Part shown: positions 55,737 through 64,000 of the stretch, piece by piece | Position numbering within the stretch: position 1 is the stretch's first letter | Layout of the letters: the number at the start of each line of letters is the position of its first letter | From: Tepidisphaera sp. | Lineage (GTDB): Bacteria > Planctomycetota > Phycisphaerae > Phycisphaerales > UBA1924 | Reading direction: 5' to 3' | Assembly (NCBI GenBank): GCA_050916045.1 | Contig: CP051526.1 | Span: forward strand, 320,001-384,000 | DNA length: 64,000 nt | Program-made: the position numbers and the translations under genes | The notes under the pieces: generated by a model | What the model was told of the DNA's origin: nothing | The model's input: only the letters and a program-made list of their open reading frames with translations | Database searches by the model: none

Positions 55737-56173
55737 GCGGTTCTGAGGAACTGATTGTGGAGTCATCAAGTCCGGAAGAACTGGCTCGACGTCCGGACTT
55801 GACACGCGGAGCGTGGCTGCTGGCGGGCGTGCTGGCGATGGCGTTCGCGGTGAATGTCGGGGTGATCGTTCTTTCGGTCGCTCTTCGTGGTACTGGCCCG
55901 ACGTGCGCCCAGATCGGCAGGTCGGTGCTGGAGATCGGTCTCTTTCTGTTCGTGCTCATCGGTCACGCGTGGGCACGCTGGCTGACGGTTGCGTTGTACG
56001 GGCTTGCGTCGCTGATCGCTTTGGGTTCCGTCGGCCTCGCTCTTGTTTCGAGTTCGCCCAACATCTTCGCCGTGGTCTTGATGACAGCTTTCGCGGCGGT
56101 GAGTGGGGCGGTGGTCCTGAGTTTGACCGTCCCTGGACCGATCACGCGGTATCTGGCTTCGCGGAGATCTTGA
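55733..56173 (+). CDS. Four-TM membrane protein
   Basis: GTG overlapping hmgA stop; hydrophobic helices, GHAWARW. Confidence 0.7.
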   Translation: MSGSEELIVESSSPEELARRPDLTRGAWLLAGVLAMAFAVNVGVIVLSVALRGTGPTCAQIGRSVLEIGLFLFVLIGHAWARWLTVALYGLASLIALGSVGLALVSSSPNIFAVVLMTAFAAVSGAVVLSLTVPGPITRYLASRRS

Positions 56174-56319
56174 TGTCAATGAGCATGGCGACTCTCAGCC
56201 ATCGGTGAGCCGGTTTCCGCGGTTCAGCTTCGTGTCTGCGGGGCCCCTGCGAACCATCGGTCGCGGAGCGAGAGCGGTCGTGCTCGCGGTGGCGGCTCGA
56301 AAGCACCCGACGATTGCTG

Positions 56320-56640
56320 CTACCTACCGAAAAGCAGCATCACGATGAGCCCGCTCAGCAACATACCAAGCATCGTGCCCAGAGCGATGGTGAAGACCGG
56401 CGACCGGATCAGCGGGCTTTCAGCGATGATGGTGAGCGGATCGATCGGGCGACGCTCGTAGCGTTCGATCGTGGTGCCCTTCGGGATCTCCTCGAGCGAG
56501 ACGCTTCGCACACTATCCACGAGCATCTTTCGATCCAGAGCCCACTGCCGGGCGTGAGGCTCAGACGGAGCTTCGACGAAGATCCTTCGTAGCTCCCTGC
56601 CGTCGTTCGGGTTGATCGTTCGAAGTTCCCAGTGTTTCAT
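56320..56640 (-). CDS. Small hypothetical protein with C-terminal TM
   Basis: VEAPSEPHAR N-domain; hydrophobic C-terminus. Confidence 0.6.
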   Translation of the reverse strand: MKHWELRTINPNDGRELRRIFVEAPSEPHARQWALDRKMLVDSVRSVSLEEIPKGTTIERYERRPIDPLTIIAESPLIRSPVFTIALGTMLGMLLSGLIVMLLFGR

Positions 56641-56800
56641 GCATCCGCCTCGGCCAGATCGTATCCGATCATCCAACCGATGCTATGACGACGGCGACGT
56701 GAGCATGAAAGCTTGGCCAAGCACGCAGCGATTTGCTTTCGCAGTGACACGCTCGGCAACTCCGCGAGATCGCGACCGCATCCATGCAGACTTCCGGCCT

Positions 56801-57247
56801 TTACTTCGCCAGCTTCACGTACCGCATGCCCACGCTGGTCTCGCCCCAGACTTCGACTTTGACCGCTGCGTCTTGTGATGACGGGTTCTCGAAGAGCGCC
56901 GCTTCCCGCGCCGCGAATTCGTACGCCGCCTTCTCCCCGGGAGCGATCGTCACGATCTCTCGCCGCTCGCCGTCCAGTTCCGCCGCGATCGTCACCGGCA
57001 CCGACCCGCGGTTGGTCGCGAACGCCGTGAACCCCGATCGCTGCCCGCCCGCGAAGATGAATCGCTGCCCGCCTGGCACGTTCAGCCCGGATGTGAGATC
57101 CGGCGAACCGCTCGGCCGCGACGGCGCGGCTTGAGACCCGCCCGAGCGTGCGTCGCTGCGCGGACCTGGAGAGTCCGACACCCGGCCGCACGCGAACAGT
57201 CCGACGATGAGCACCAGTCCCGCCAGGATGCGCACGCGTGAATGCAT
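56801..57247 (-). CDS. Putative lipoprotein
   Basis: Lipobox-like LFAC after a hydrophobic stretch; beta-rich mature part. Confidence 0.65.
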   Translation of the reverse strand: MHSRVRILAGLVLIVGLFACGRVSDSPGPRSDARSGGSQAAPSRPSGSPDLTSGLNVPGGQRFIFAGGQRSGFTAFATNRGSVPVTIAAELDGERREIVTIAPGEKAAYEFAAREAALFENPSSQDAAVKVEVWGETSVGMRYVKLAK

Positions 57248-57316
57248 GCGAGTGGCTTCGCGTGGTCTCGGCTGGGGGATTCGCGCGAGCAAGCTCCTCT
57301 CGCTCTTTTCCGCGCC

Positions 57317-58027
57317 TCAGCGACGCGGGCTTCGCTTGGGAGGCGGGTGCCGTGTCAGCCATTGCTCCATATCGAGGAGCGACGGGTCGGGCAGCTCCGC
57401 TTCGATGTCGATCATCGCCGGTTTCGCCGGCCGTGTCGCGGGCTTGGAGCCGCCGGGCTTCTTCCCGCCCGCTTTGGTGCCGGGCTTGGCCGCGTCCTTC
57501 CGCAAGGTTGGAGCCGGTTCCGCGGCTCTCCGGCCCTCGAAGTACCCCATCCACCACGCGACGCTCGCGGCGTCAAGCGGTTCGGCGTCTTCGCGCCTGG
57601 CCCGCGCCCCGCGAGCGGCCTGTTTGGCGATGTCGGTCGCGAGGTGCGCGAGAAAGTCCCGCGCCGTCACGCTCCTCGCGTGCAAGCGGGCCGCGAACGT
57701 GCGGAGCCGTCGGTCGCTGCTCACGATCGTCACCCGGCGCGGATCCGCAGCGTCCTCCGCAAGCTCCTCGATCAGGTCGTCGGCTTCGCGGTTGTGCGGC
57801 GGCGTGTTGGCGAAAAGCACGCGACGCACGCGGCCTGAGTCACGGCCGCCCTCGCCCCCCGACCGTTCCGCCACGCGCTCCGGCGACCCGTCGCACACGA
57901 GCACGATCTCTTCACCCGCGTACCGGCCGAAGGAAAGCGCATCAAGCAGCGTCGCGACGCTCCACACATCCGCGCCGGTCCCGCTTCGGCGGGCGTGCAG
58001 GATGTTGTACACGTCGACGATGAGCAT
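57317..58027 (-). CDS. NYN/PIN-like (YacP-like) domain protein
   Basis: LIVDVYNILH, LVCDG, EADDLIEE, VSSDRRL. Confidence 0.85.
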   Translation of the reverse strand: MLIVDVYNILHARRSGTGADVWSVATLLDALSFGRYAGEEIVLVCDGSPERVAERSGGEGGRDSGRVRRVLFANTPPHNREADDLIEELAEDAADPRRVTIVSSDRRLRTFAARLHARSVTARDFLAHLATDIAKQAARGARARREDAEPLDAASVAWWMGYFEGRRAAEPAPTLRKDAAKPGTKAGGKKPGGSKPATRPAKPAMIDIEAELPDPSLLDMEQWLTRHPPPKRSPRR

Positions 58028-58039
58028 GCATCCCCACCG

Positions 58040-60445
58040 TTAAAGCAGCGAGAGGGGATCGACATCCACCGCCGTCCGGCTGTCGGACTTGAGAAGCCCC
58101 TGACGGCGGAGGTCGTTCAGGCCGCGCTGAAGCACGCCCGGCGAATCCGCGTACACCTCGACCGCCCAACGGTAGTACGTCGCGATCTTCGCGATCGGAG
58201 CTTCCATTGGCCCGATCACCGTGAGCGCGGGGTTCTCGCGAAGCTTGATCGCAAGCTCGCGAGCGTGGGCCTGCGACTCCGCCGAGTCGTTCTCGCGGCA
58301 GATGATCCGGGCCATGCGCACCCAGGGCGGCAAGCTCGCGGCCTGGCGGGTTGCAAGCTCGGCGGCGGCGAACGTCTCGTAATCGTGCTTGGCCGCCAGG
58401 ACAATCGCGGGATTGGTCGGTTCGTAGGTCTGGACGACGACGCGGCCCGTCTGCTCTCCGCGGCCAGCCCGGCCCGCGACCTGCGACACAAGCTGGAAAG
58501 CCCGCTCACCCGCTCGGAAATCGGGCATGTTGAGGCCGACGTCCGCCGAGATCACGCCGACCAGCCGCACGTTCGGGAAGTCCAGGCCCTTGGCGATCAT
58601 CTGCGTGCCAAGCAGCAGCTTGACCGCGCCGCTCCCAAACCTGGAGAGCGCATCCGCGTAGTCCTTCGCCGTCGCCATCGTGTCAGAATCGACCCGCAGG
58701 TAGGTCTTGCCCTCGACCAGCCCCAGCGAAGCCCCAAACAGCAAAGCGAGCTCTTCCTCGACACGCTGCGTGCCCGCGCCGAGCAGGCCGACCGCACGCT
58801 GGCACGCGGGACACGCTTTGGGAAGAAGCTGTTCGGCCAGGCAGTGGTGGCAGCGCACAAGCCCGCCTTTGGGAAGCTTGGCGTCTTTGTGAAAGACCAT
58901 CCCCGCATCGCAGTGGTCGCAGCGCATGACCCATCCGCACGCGGGGGATGAGCACGACAGATGGCTCGCGTATCCGCGGCGGTTGAGGAGCAGGATCGCC
59001 TGACCGCCGTCGGTGATCGTGCGCTCGATCGCCGATGCGAGCGTCGGCCCGATCATCCGCTTGGACACGTCGACGCCCTCGCGAGCGAGGGTCCGCCGCT
59101 CCTCGGCCATATCGACGATCTCAACCGCGGGGAGCTTGCCGCCCCCGACACGGTCGGTCAGAGTCCAGAGCGAGAAACGCGGTTTGGGGTTCTCGTCGTC
59201 GCCGCTGGTGGGTGTCGCGACGGTCGCGTTGTACCAGCTTTCCATCGAGGGTGTCGCCGAACCGAGCACGACCGGACATTCTTCGATGTGCCCGCGCTTG
59301 ATCGCGACATCGCGAGCGTTGTACCGGGGGAGCTGCTCATGCTTGTAGCTGTGGTCGTGCTCCTCGTCGACGACGATGAGCCCCAGACCGGCCATCGGCG
59401 CGAAGACCGCCGATCTCGGCCCGACGACGACGCGTGCTTCGCCGGTGGCGACGCGTTCCCATTCCGCGTTGCGCTGCGAGGCGCTCAGGCCCGAGTGCAT
59501 CACCGCGACGCCCACGCCCTTGGGTGAAAGCCGGGCCCGGAACCACTGCTCAACCTGCGGTGTCAGGGCGATCTCGGGAACCAGCACGATCGCGCCCTCG
59601 CCGCGCTCGATCACCTTCGCGATCAGGCTGAGGTAGACCTCCGTCTTGCCCGACCCCGTCACACCGCGGAGCAGATGCACCCCGAACGTCCCCGCAGTTG
59701 CCCCGATGCCGTCGACGACTTTCTTCTGTGCCGGCGTCAACTCGGGCTCAATCGCGCGACGGGCGTCGCCGCCCTCGATCAAGCTCGACGCCCCGCGGGC
59801 CCGGATGACGCTCCGCTCCGTCGATTCGAGCAGGCCAAGCCCCGTGAACCGCCGCACGCTCCACGCTCCGCGCACCCCCGCCGCGTCGAGCGCCGCCGAG
59901 AGGTCCGCGAGAAGCATCGGGAACGACTTGGGATCCATCGACGCGATCTGGTCCCACGCGAGCCGAGCTTTCGGAGAGAGTCCGGCCAGGACCTTCGGGT
60001 CAGGGGAGGAAGCCGGCGCGAGCCGAGCCTCGCTGCGGCGGCCCACCCCCTTCTTCACGGCGGCCGGCATCATCGTCGCAAGGACCAAGCCAAGGGGCGT
60101 CACCGTGTAGCCGGCGACCCAGCGGGCAAGCTCAACCAGGTCTTCCGGAAGCTTGACGCCCGGCCGGTCCAGGATCCGCTTGACCTTGGAAGCCGCAAAG
60201 CCTTCCAGCAGTTCCTTCCCGCCCACCGCGATCACCACGCCGCCCGTCGCTTTGTTCCCCGCACCCAGCGGCACCTCGACGCGTTCGCCCACGGCGATGT
60301 CCGCCGCGTCCGCGCCGTAGGTCAACCCCTCGACGCCGGATTTCTCGTCCAAGCCGCGCTCGACGACCACGCGAACGTACCGCGAGGGCTCCGCGCGGGA
60401 ACTTGCGCCCGAATCCGCGCCTGAGAATGGAAGAAAGTCAGTCAA
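58040..60445 (-). CDS. priA: Primosomal protein N' (replication restart helicase)
   Basis: GVTGSGKTEVY, VPEIALTPQ, DEEHD, LGSATPS, LNRRGY, four Cys pairs, GTQMIAKGLDFP, QVAGRAGR. Confidence 0.97.
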   Translation of the reverse strand: MTDFLPFSGADSGASSRAEPSRYVRVVVERGLDEKSGVEGLTYGADAADIAVGERVEVPLGAGNKATGGVVIAVGGKELLEGFAASKVKRILDRPGVKLPEDLVELARWVAGYTVTPLGLVLATMMPAAVKKGVGRRSEARLAPASSPDPKVLAGLSPKARLAWDQIASMDPKSFPMLLADLSAALDAAGVRGAWSVRRFTGLGLLESTERSVIRARGASSLIEGGDARRAIEPELTPAQKKVVDGIGATAGTFGVHLLRGVTGSGKTEVYLSLIAKVIERGEGAIVLVPEIALTPQVEQWFRARLSPKGVGVAVMHSGLSASQRNAEWERVATGEARVVVGPRSAVFAPMAGLGLIVVDEEHDHSYKHEQLPRYNARDVAIKRGHIEECPVVLGSATPSMESWYNATVATPTSGDDENPKPRFSLWTLTDRVGGGKLPAVEIVDMAEERRTLAREGVDVSKRMIGPTLASAIERTITDGGQAILLLNRRGYASHLSCSSPACGWVMRCDHCDAGMVFHKDAKLPKGGLVRCHHCLAEQLLPKACPACQRAVGLLGAGTQRVEEELALLFGASLGLVEGKTYLRVDSDTMATAKDYADALSRFGSGAVKLLLGTQMIAKGLDFPNVRLVGVISADVGLNMPDFRAGERAFQLVSQVAGRAGRGEQTGRVVVQTYEPTNPAIVLAAKHDYETFAAAELATRQAASLPPWVRMARIICRENDSAESQAHARELAIKLRENPALTVIGPMEAPIAKIATYYRWAVEVYADSPGVLQRGLNDLRRQGLLKSDSRTAVDVDPLSLL

Positions 60446-60449
60446 GGCC

Positions 60450-60458
60450 TAGACTCTA
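60450..60458. promoter_or_regulatory. Overlapping bidirectional -10 elements for priA and carA
   Basis: TAGACTCTA reads TAGACT on + (8 nt before carA ATG) and TAGAGT on - (7 nt before priA TTG). Confidence 0.55.
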
Positions 60459-60463
60459 CTCCG

Positions 60464-61711
60464 ATGTCCACACCCAATCCCACGCCGGATGTCGGAACCG
60501 CAAAATCTGCCCGGAGCGAAGCTCCCATCGCGAGGCTCGCCCTCGCCGACGGGTCTGTTTTCACTGGCCTCGCTTTCGGAGCGGTGGGCAAGGGCATTGT
60601 CGCACGGGCTGAGGTCGTGTTCAATACCGCAACGTCCGGATATCAGGAATCTTTGACAGATCCCTCCTACACCGGACAGATTCTCGTGCAGACCTTCCCC
60701 CTGATTGGGAACACGGGCACGAACCCGGAAGACGTCGAGTCCGGGAAGGTGCAGGTTTCGGGGCTTGTCGTCCGGGAACTGGCCCACCGCCACTCGAACT
60801 TCCGCGCCGACATGGACCTCTCGTCGTACCTGGCCCGCTACGGCGTGCTCGGGATCGCGGGGGTCGACACGCGCGCGATCACCAAGAAACTGCGCACGAC
60901 GGGGAGCATTTCGGGCGTCCTCACCGACCGCTCGGACCTCTCGGCCGCCCAACTGGTGGAAATGGCGCGGACCGCGCCGTCGATGGCCGGTCAGAATCTC
61001 GTCCCCCTCGTCGGCTGCTCGACCAAAGCTTCCTGGGAAGGCGATCTCGGCGAGTGGAAGCCCGCCGCCGCGCCCTCGCACGATGAGTCCAAGCCGCGGT
61101 TCCGCGTCGCGGCGCTCGACTGCGGCGCGAAGTCCAACATTCTGCGCAACCTGACAGAGCGCGGCTGCGAGGTAGTCCTCGTCCCGCACGACACCCCGGC
61201 CGCGACGCTTCGCGATCAGCACGCTTCGGGACAGATCGACGGGATCTTCATCTCCAACGGCCCGGGCGATCCGGCGGCGGTGGAGAAGACGATCGGCACC
61301 CTTCGTGCGCTCATGGACAGCAAGCAGCCGGCCATTCCGATGTTCGGCATCTGCCTCGGGCACCAGCTTCTCGCCCTCGCGGCGGGCGCGAAGACCTACA
61401 AGCTCAAGTTCGGCCACCGAGGGATCAACCACCCGATCCTCAACACCGAATCCGGCCGGGTCGAGATCACGAGCCAGAACCATGGGTTCGCGGTGGAGCC
61501 CAAGAGCTTGGAAGCTGCGGGCGGCGTGCTTACCCACCGTCACCTCAACGATGGCACGGTCGCTGGCTTCCGCATGAAGGACCGCCCGGTCTTCAGCGTT
61601 CAGTACCACCCGGAAGCCTCCCCGGGCCCGCACGACGCGGGGTACCTGTTCGACGCGTTTGTTGCGGCGATGTCCGAGAACCGAGCGGAAGCGACCGCGG
61701 CCGGACGCTGA
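60464..61711 (+). CDS. carA: Carbamoyl-phosphate synthase small subunit
   Basis: EVVFNT, GYQESLTDPSY, SNGPGDP, FGICLGHQ, TSQNHGF, SVQYHPEASPGPHD. Confidence 0.98.
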   Translation: MSTPNPTPDVGTAKSARSEAPIARLALADGSVFTGLAFGAVGKGIVARAEVVFNTATSGYQESLTDPSYTGQILVQTFPLIGNTGTNPEDVESGKVQVSGLVVRELAHRHSNFRADMDLSSYLARYGVLGIAGVDTRAITKKLRTTGSISGVLTDRSDLSAAQLVEMARTAPSMAGQNLVPLVGCSTKASWEGDLGEWKPAAAPSHDESKPRFRVAALDCGAKSNILRNLTERGCEVVLVPHDTPAATLRDQHASGQIDGIFISNGPGDPAAVEKTIGTLRALMDSKQPAIPMFGICLGHQLLALAAGAKTYKLKFGHRGINHPILNTESGRVEITSQNHGFAVEPKSLEAAGGVLTHRHLNDGTVAGFRMKDRPVFSVQYHPEASPGPHDAGYLFDAFVAAMSENRAEATAAGR

Positions 61712-61860
61712 TTCCCTCGGATCGGGTTTGATTCGGGGTTGCCGAACACGGTTGGCCCCATGAATCGATGGGGTTTTGCTCTCTGACGGTGTATATTGGT
61801 GCACGGGCAGAGGCCCGCCGGCGTTGTGCTGGGCAGTGCAGGGCACTGAGAGGGGAACCA

Positions 61861-62970
61861 ATGAAGCTTGCTTTGACGATGGCGGCGGTGTCGGGTTCGG
61901 TGATCGCGGGTTCGGCATGGGCTCAGCCGGTGCTGGACGAGGGCGGTCGGTATCCGGCGCAGCTCGCGGGCATCGTTTATGTTCACGTGGCGACGGGTGA
62001 GCGTCGGGTCACGACGTTCGACGGCCGCAGCGGAGCTCCGATCTGGTCGAACATCGACACGATTCCCGCCGCCGGCGAGTATCACGGCATCGACGGTCGT
62101 CAACGCTCCGACGGTCGCGCGACGTACAACAACCTCTCGGTGGACTGGGGTGACATCCCCGCCGGGCCCTTCGTGGACGGGATCAAGATCGGGTACGCGG
62201 TGCCCGCGTCGCTCGCGAGCCGATTCCCCAGCCGGAACGATCCGAACTACGGCAAGATCTTTGGGTTCAACATCCTCTATGCGATCTGGAACAACGAGAA
62301 CGGCCAGCACGACGGCTCGGTGACGGCGGACGAACTGGCGATCGTGCTTCCGTTCCCCGACGCGTACGGCGCGGTGCCCGAAGGGAACGCCTGGCAGGTG
62401 ATCTTCGATCTGGAGGGATCCAACGAGTTCACGATGTTCGCGACCGATCAGGACGGCGACCGCCGCGTGGATTTCGGGTACGGGTACTCGTTCCGTCAGC
62501 GGCAGCACGTGGACCCGCGGAACAACCCGCCGATCCCGCGCGCCGTGGTCGGGCCGCTGCTGGTGCTTCCGGGCAATGCGGGCGGTGCAGGCTTCCCGTC
62601 GTCCAACGGCGTGGAGGATGCGCTGGACTGGTACAACACGTTCGACGCCGACTTCACGTACAACGCTTCGATCCCCGGGTACGAACTTGACCCGACGCGG
62701 ACGCTAGAGCGGAGCAACTTCATCGACACGTTCTTCTTCGGCGGCGATCCGTACGCGTCGTACTACACGCAGCTTTTCGGGTCGATCCTGGGCTGCCCGG
62801 CGGACTTCAACGGCGACGGGTTCGTCGATTTCTTCGACTACGACGACTACGTCCGCTGCTTTGAGGGTGGGACGTGCCCGCGCGGCCGGACGGCGGACAT
62901 CAACGGCGATGCGTTCGTCGACTTCTTCGATTACGACGATTTCGCGCAGGCTTTCGAGGTCGGCTGCTGA
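61861..62970 (+). CDS. Secreted protein of unknown function + dockerin-like tag
   Basis: Signal peptide ending AWA-QP; CPADFNGDGFVDFFDYDDYV...FEVGC. Confidence 0.88.
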   Translation: MKLALTMAAVSGSVIAGSAWAQPVLDEGGRYPAQLAGIVYVHVATGERRVTTFDGRSGAPIWSNIDTIPAAGEYHGIDGRQRSDGRATYNNLSVDWGDIPAGPFVDGIKIGYAVPASLASRFPSRNDPNYGKIFGFNILYAIWNNENGQHDGSVTADELAIVLPFPDAYGAVPEGNAWQVIFDLEGSNEFTMFATDQDGDRRVDFGYGYSFRQRQHVDPRNNPPIPRAVVGPLLVLPGNAGGAGFPSSNGVEDALDWYNTFDADFTYNASIPGYELDPTRTLERSNFIDTFFFGGDPYASYYTQLFGSILGCPADFNGDGFVDFFDYDDYVRCFEGGTCPRGRTADINGDAFVDFFDYDDFAQAFEVGC

Positions 62971-62979
62971 GCAAGCCGT

Positions 62980-63387
62980 TCAGGCGGGCCAGACCTTCAT
63001 GCCGTCGCGCTTGTAGCGTGGCACGGAGGGATCGATCGCTTGCGACCATTGGTCCAAGCCACCCGCGATCGAGCGGGCGGTGGGGAAGCCCGCTTCACGG
63101 AGAGCGAGGGCTCCCGGGATGCTGCGCCTGCCGTGATGACAGAGCACGGCGATCAGATGGTCGTCGGGGATGTCCAGACGCGGCCCCTTCGCCGGAACAT
63201 CTTCGAGGGGGATGTGGATGGACCGCGGCAGGCTTGCGAAAGCCACCTCGGGCGCATTCCGCACGTCGATGATGGTGACGCGTGAGGGGTCGGTCGCCAG
63301 GGCTTTGGCGAGGTCGGCGGGCGAGATCTCAAGCTCAGGGTCGAGCGGGTGGCGCGGGGGCAATCCGCGAGCGTCAAAGGTCGTCAT
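62980..63387 (-). CDS. Rhodanese-like domain protein
   Basis: IIDVRNAPE, HIPL, CHHGRRS, SIAGGLDQWS, IDPSVPRY. Confidence 0.92.
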   Translation of the reverse strand: MTTFDARGLPPRHPLDPELEISPADLAKALATDPSRVTIIDVRNAPEVAFASLPRSIHIPLEDVPAKGPRLDIPDDHLIAVLCHHGRRSIPGALALREAGFPTARSIAGGLDQWSQAIDPSVPRYKRDGMKVWPA

Positions 63388-63952
63388 GGCTTGTCTCCGG
63401 GTGGTCTGTTTCGTCGTGAGGCGGGGGCTCGGGCTCGCGGAACTCGCCGAGGGCGTGGTCGGCGGCGGCTGCGGCAATCTCGGCATCGAACCCGCGTCGC
63501 ATCAGCGCGCCGAGGAGACGCCGGCGAGCCGCGACCGGATCGAGGTTGGTCCGCTTGGATCGCACCGCGAGGTCCTTGGCTCGGTCGAGTTCGCTCCGTC
63601 CTTCGGTCGCGCGGGCTGTTGCGCGGGCGGCGGTCCTTTCGGCGATGCCCTTGGCGACGATGCGCTGGGTGAGGAACTCGTCGGAAGCGGGCTTGCGGCC
63701 GGCTTCGAGTCGAGCGGTCTCGTCGGCGAAGGCGGCGTCGCTGAGCAGTCTGGCCTGCTTGAGCTCATCGATCACGGTTTCGGCGGCGTCCTGCGGGATG
63801 CCGCGGCGGAGGAGCCTGGCCCGCATCGCGGCGACGGACCAGCCGTGGGCTCCGAGCAGTCGGAGAGCGATCTGTTTGCCGCGCGTGACATGGTCGACCG
63901 GGGGTGATCCGGGCGGTTGGTCGGGGTCGAAATCTGGCGCGAGTCGTCCCAC
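63374..63952 (-). CDS. recX: RecX family regulatory protein
   Basis: ALRLL, RLLRRG, LLSDAAFA, KGI, ALMRRGFD; frame stays open to the window edge, GTG 63952 preceded by TACGCT. Confidence 0.8.
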   Translation of the reverse strand: MGRLAPDFDPDQPPGSPPVDHVTRGKQIALRLLGAHGWSVAAMRARLLRRGIPQDAAETVIDELKQARLLSDAAFADETARLEAGRKPASDEFLTQRIVAKGIAERTAARATARATEGRSELDRAKDLAVRSKRTNLDPVAARRRLLGALMRRGFDAEIAAAAADHALGEFREPEPPPHDETDHPETSHDDL

Positions 63953-64000
63953 ACGCGAGCGTACGCCGCGGGTTGGGAGCGGTGGGGGGTCAAAGGGAAG

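Noticed and set aside
54159..55805. N-terminal half of the 1101-aa ORF 52500..55805
   Set aside because: It is the antisense of hmgA; the real gene most likely starts at 54158 with a lipoprotein signal.
1..64000. tRNA, rRNA or known riboswitch
   Set aside because: No cloverleaf or conserved RNA motif recognised in intergenic regions by eye; a covariance-model scan would be needed to exclude them.

Overview
High-GC (about 70% by eye) bacterial chromosome segment. Gene content points to Planctomycetota, most likely Phycisphaerae: a planctomycete-type ECF sigma factor paired with a Ser/Thr kinase, eukaryote-type UDP-HexNAc pyrophosphorylase, CxxC zinc-ribbon membrane proteins, and six secreted proteins ending in a duplicated DFNGDxFVDFFDYDD dockerin/EF-hand-like tag. 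Housekeeping genes: rpe, HU, dacB, psuG, cstA, purH, mnmA, murQ, anmK, hmgA, priA, carA, recX. There is an 11-gene type IV (MSHA/T2SS-like) pilus cluster headed by a PilZ gene, with no secretin in the window. The most notable unexplained items are: (1) an AT-rich 13 x 21-bp tandem array whose variation is largely synonymous in a QEQNLLx heptad frame, directly upstream of a helical + Fn3-like gene; (2) a lower-GC two-gene island encoding an 18-Cys secreted protein with a possible pore-forming beta-hairpin and a TPR partner; (3) the dockerin-tagged secretome; (4) a recurring leaderless-promoter signature, including an 18-bp bidirectional priA/carA promoter. No rRNA, tRNA, CRISPR array or transposase was recognised. 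All calls come from reading motifs by eye; no searches were run.
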